From contig NC_083230.1 of NCBI RefSeq assembly GCF_032191835.1, positions 82,584,001 through 82,648,000 on the forward strand: a DNA stretch of 64,000 nucleotides, given 5' to 3'. Both the position numbers and the translations under genes were made by a program. Shown here in pieces: positions 63,817 through 64,000 of this stretch (position 1 is the first letter of the stretch; each line of letters starts with the position of its first letter). The DNA is from Heteronotia binoei. Its lineage: Eukaryota. The notes below the pieces were generated by a model. That model was not told the DNA's origin. It was given only the letters and a program-made list of their open reading frames with translations, and made no database searches.

Positions 63817-64000
63817 GGACCGATTTTGCACTAGGGCTTGTTCCGGGTAGAAAGCCCTTTTGCCCCCGGGGCTTCTCTCCATTTTTGCATAAGCTGCCAC
63901 GGAGCTGCTAGTCCCTACGATGCTTTTCCGCAGCAAGCAGAAACCTTGTCAAAGGATCTCACTAGCTGCAGAATAGCAGCACACCAACTCGCAGCTCCAG
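63817..64000. mobile_element. Left end of a Harbinger-like MITE, cut by the window edge
   Basis: GGACCGATTTTGCACTAG terminus; CpG-rich. Confidence 0.5.

Overview
Vertebrate genomic DNA, almost certainly a squamate and most likely a gecko, judged from Squam3-, Sauria- and 5S-type SINEs, BovB, and young CR1 and L2 copies. One host gene is recognisable: MGAT3 (GnT-III), with its whole CDS in one exon on the minus strand (20691-22196) and a splice acceptor 1 nt before the ATG. Sequence from 22198 to the end is probably MGAT3 intron 1; exon 1 is not seen. A CpG island at about 10.6-11.15 kb looks like the promoter and first exon of the next minus-strand gene. Synteny suggests MIEF1, but no MIEF1 coding sequence is visible. 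The rest is dense, nested transposable-element stratigraphy: L2, CR1, an RTEX-like LINE, BovB/RTE, a solo LTR, a full-length decayed SPIN-related hAT, many hAT and Harbinger MITEs with visible target-site duplications (TSDs), and Penelope-like relics with hammerhead-ribozyme motifs. I found no convincing new multi-gene system. The best leads are a primate MER1A-like MITE, a Penelope-derived palindrome with hammerhead motifs, an in-frame TGA ORF1/ORF2 junction in the RTEX-like LINE, a sense-oriented solo LTR, and an unidentified candidate exon. Family names come from remembered consensus sequences and were not database-checked.
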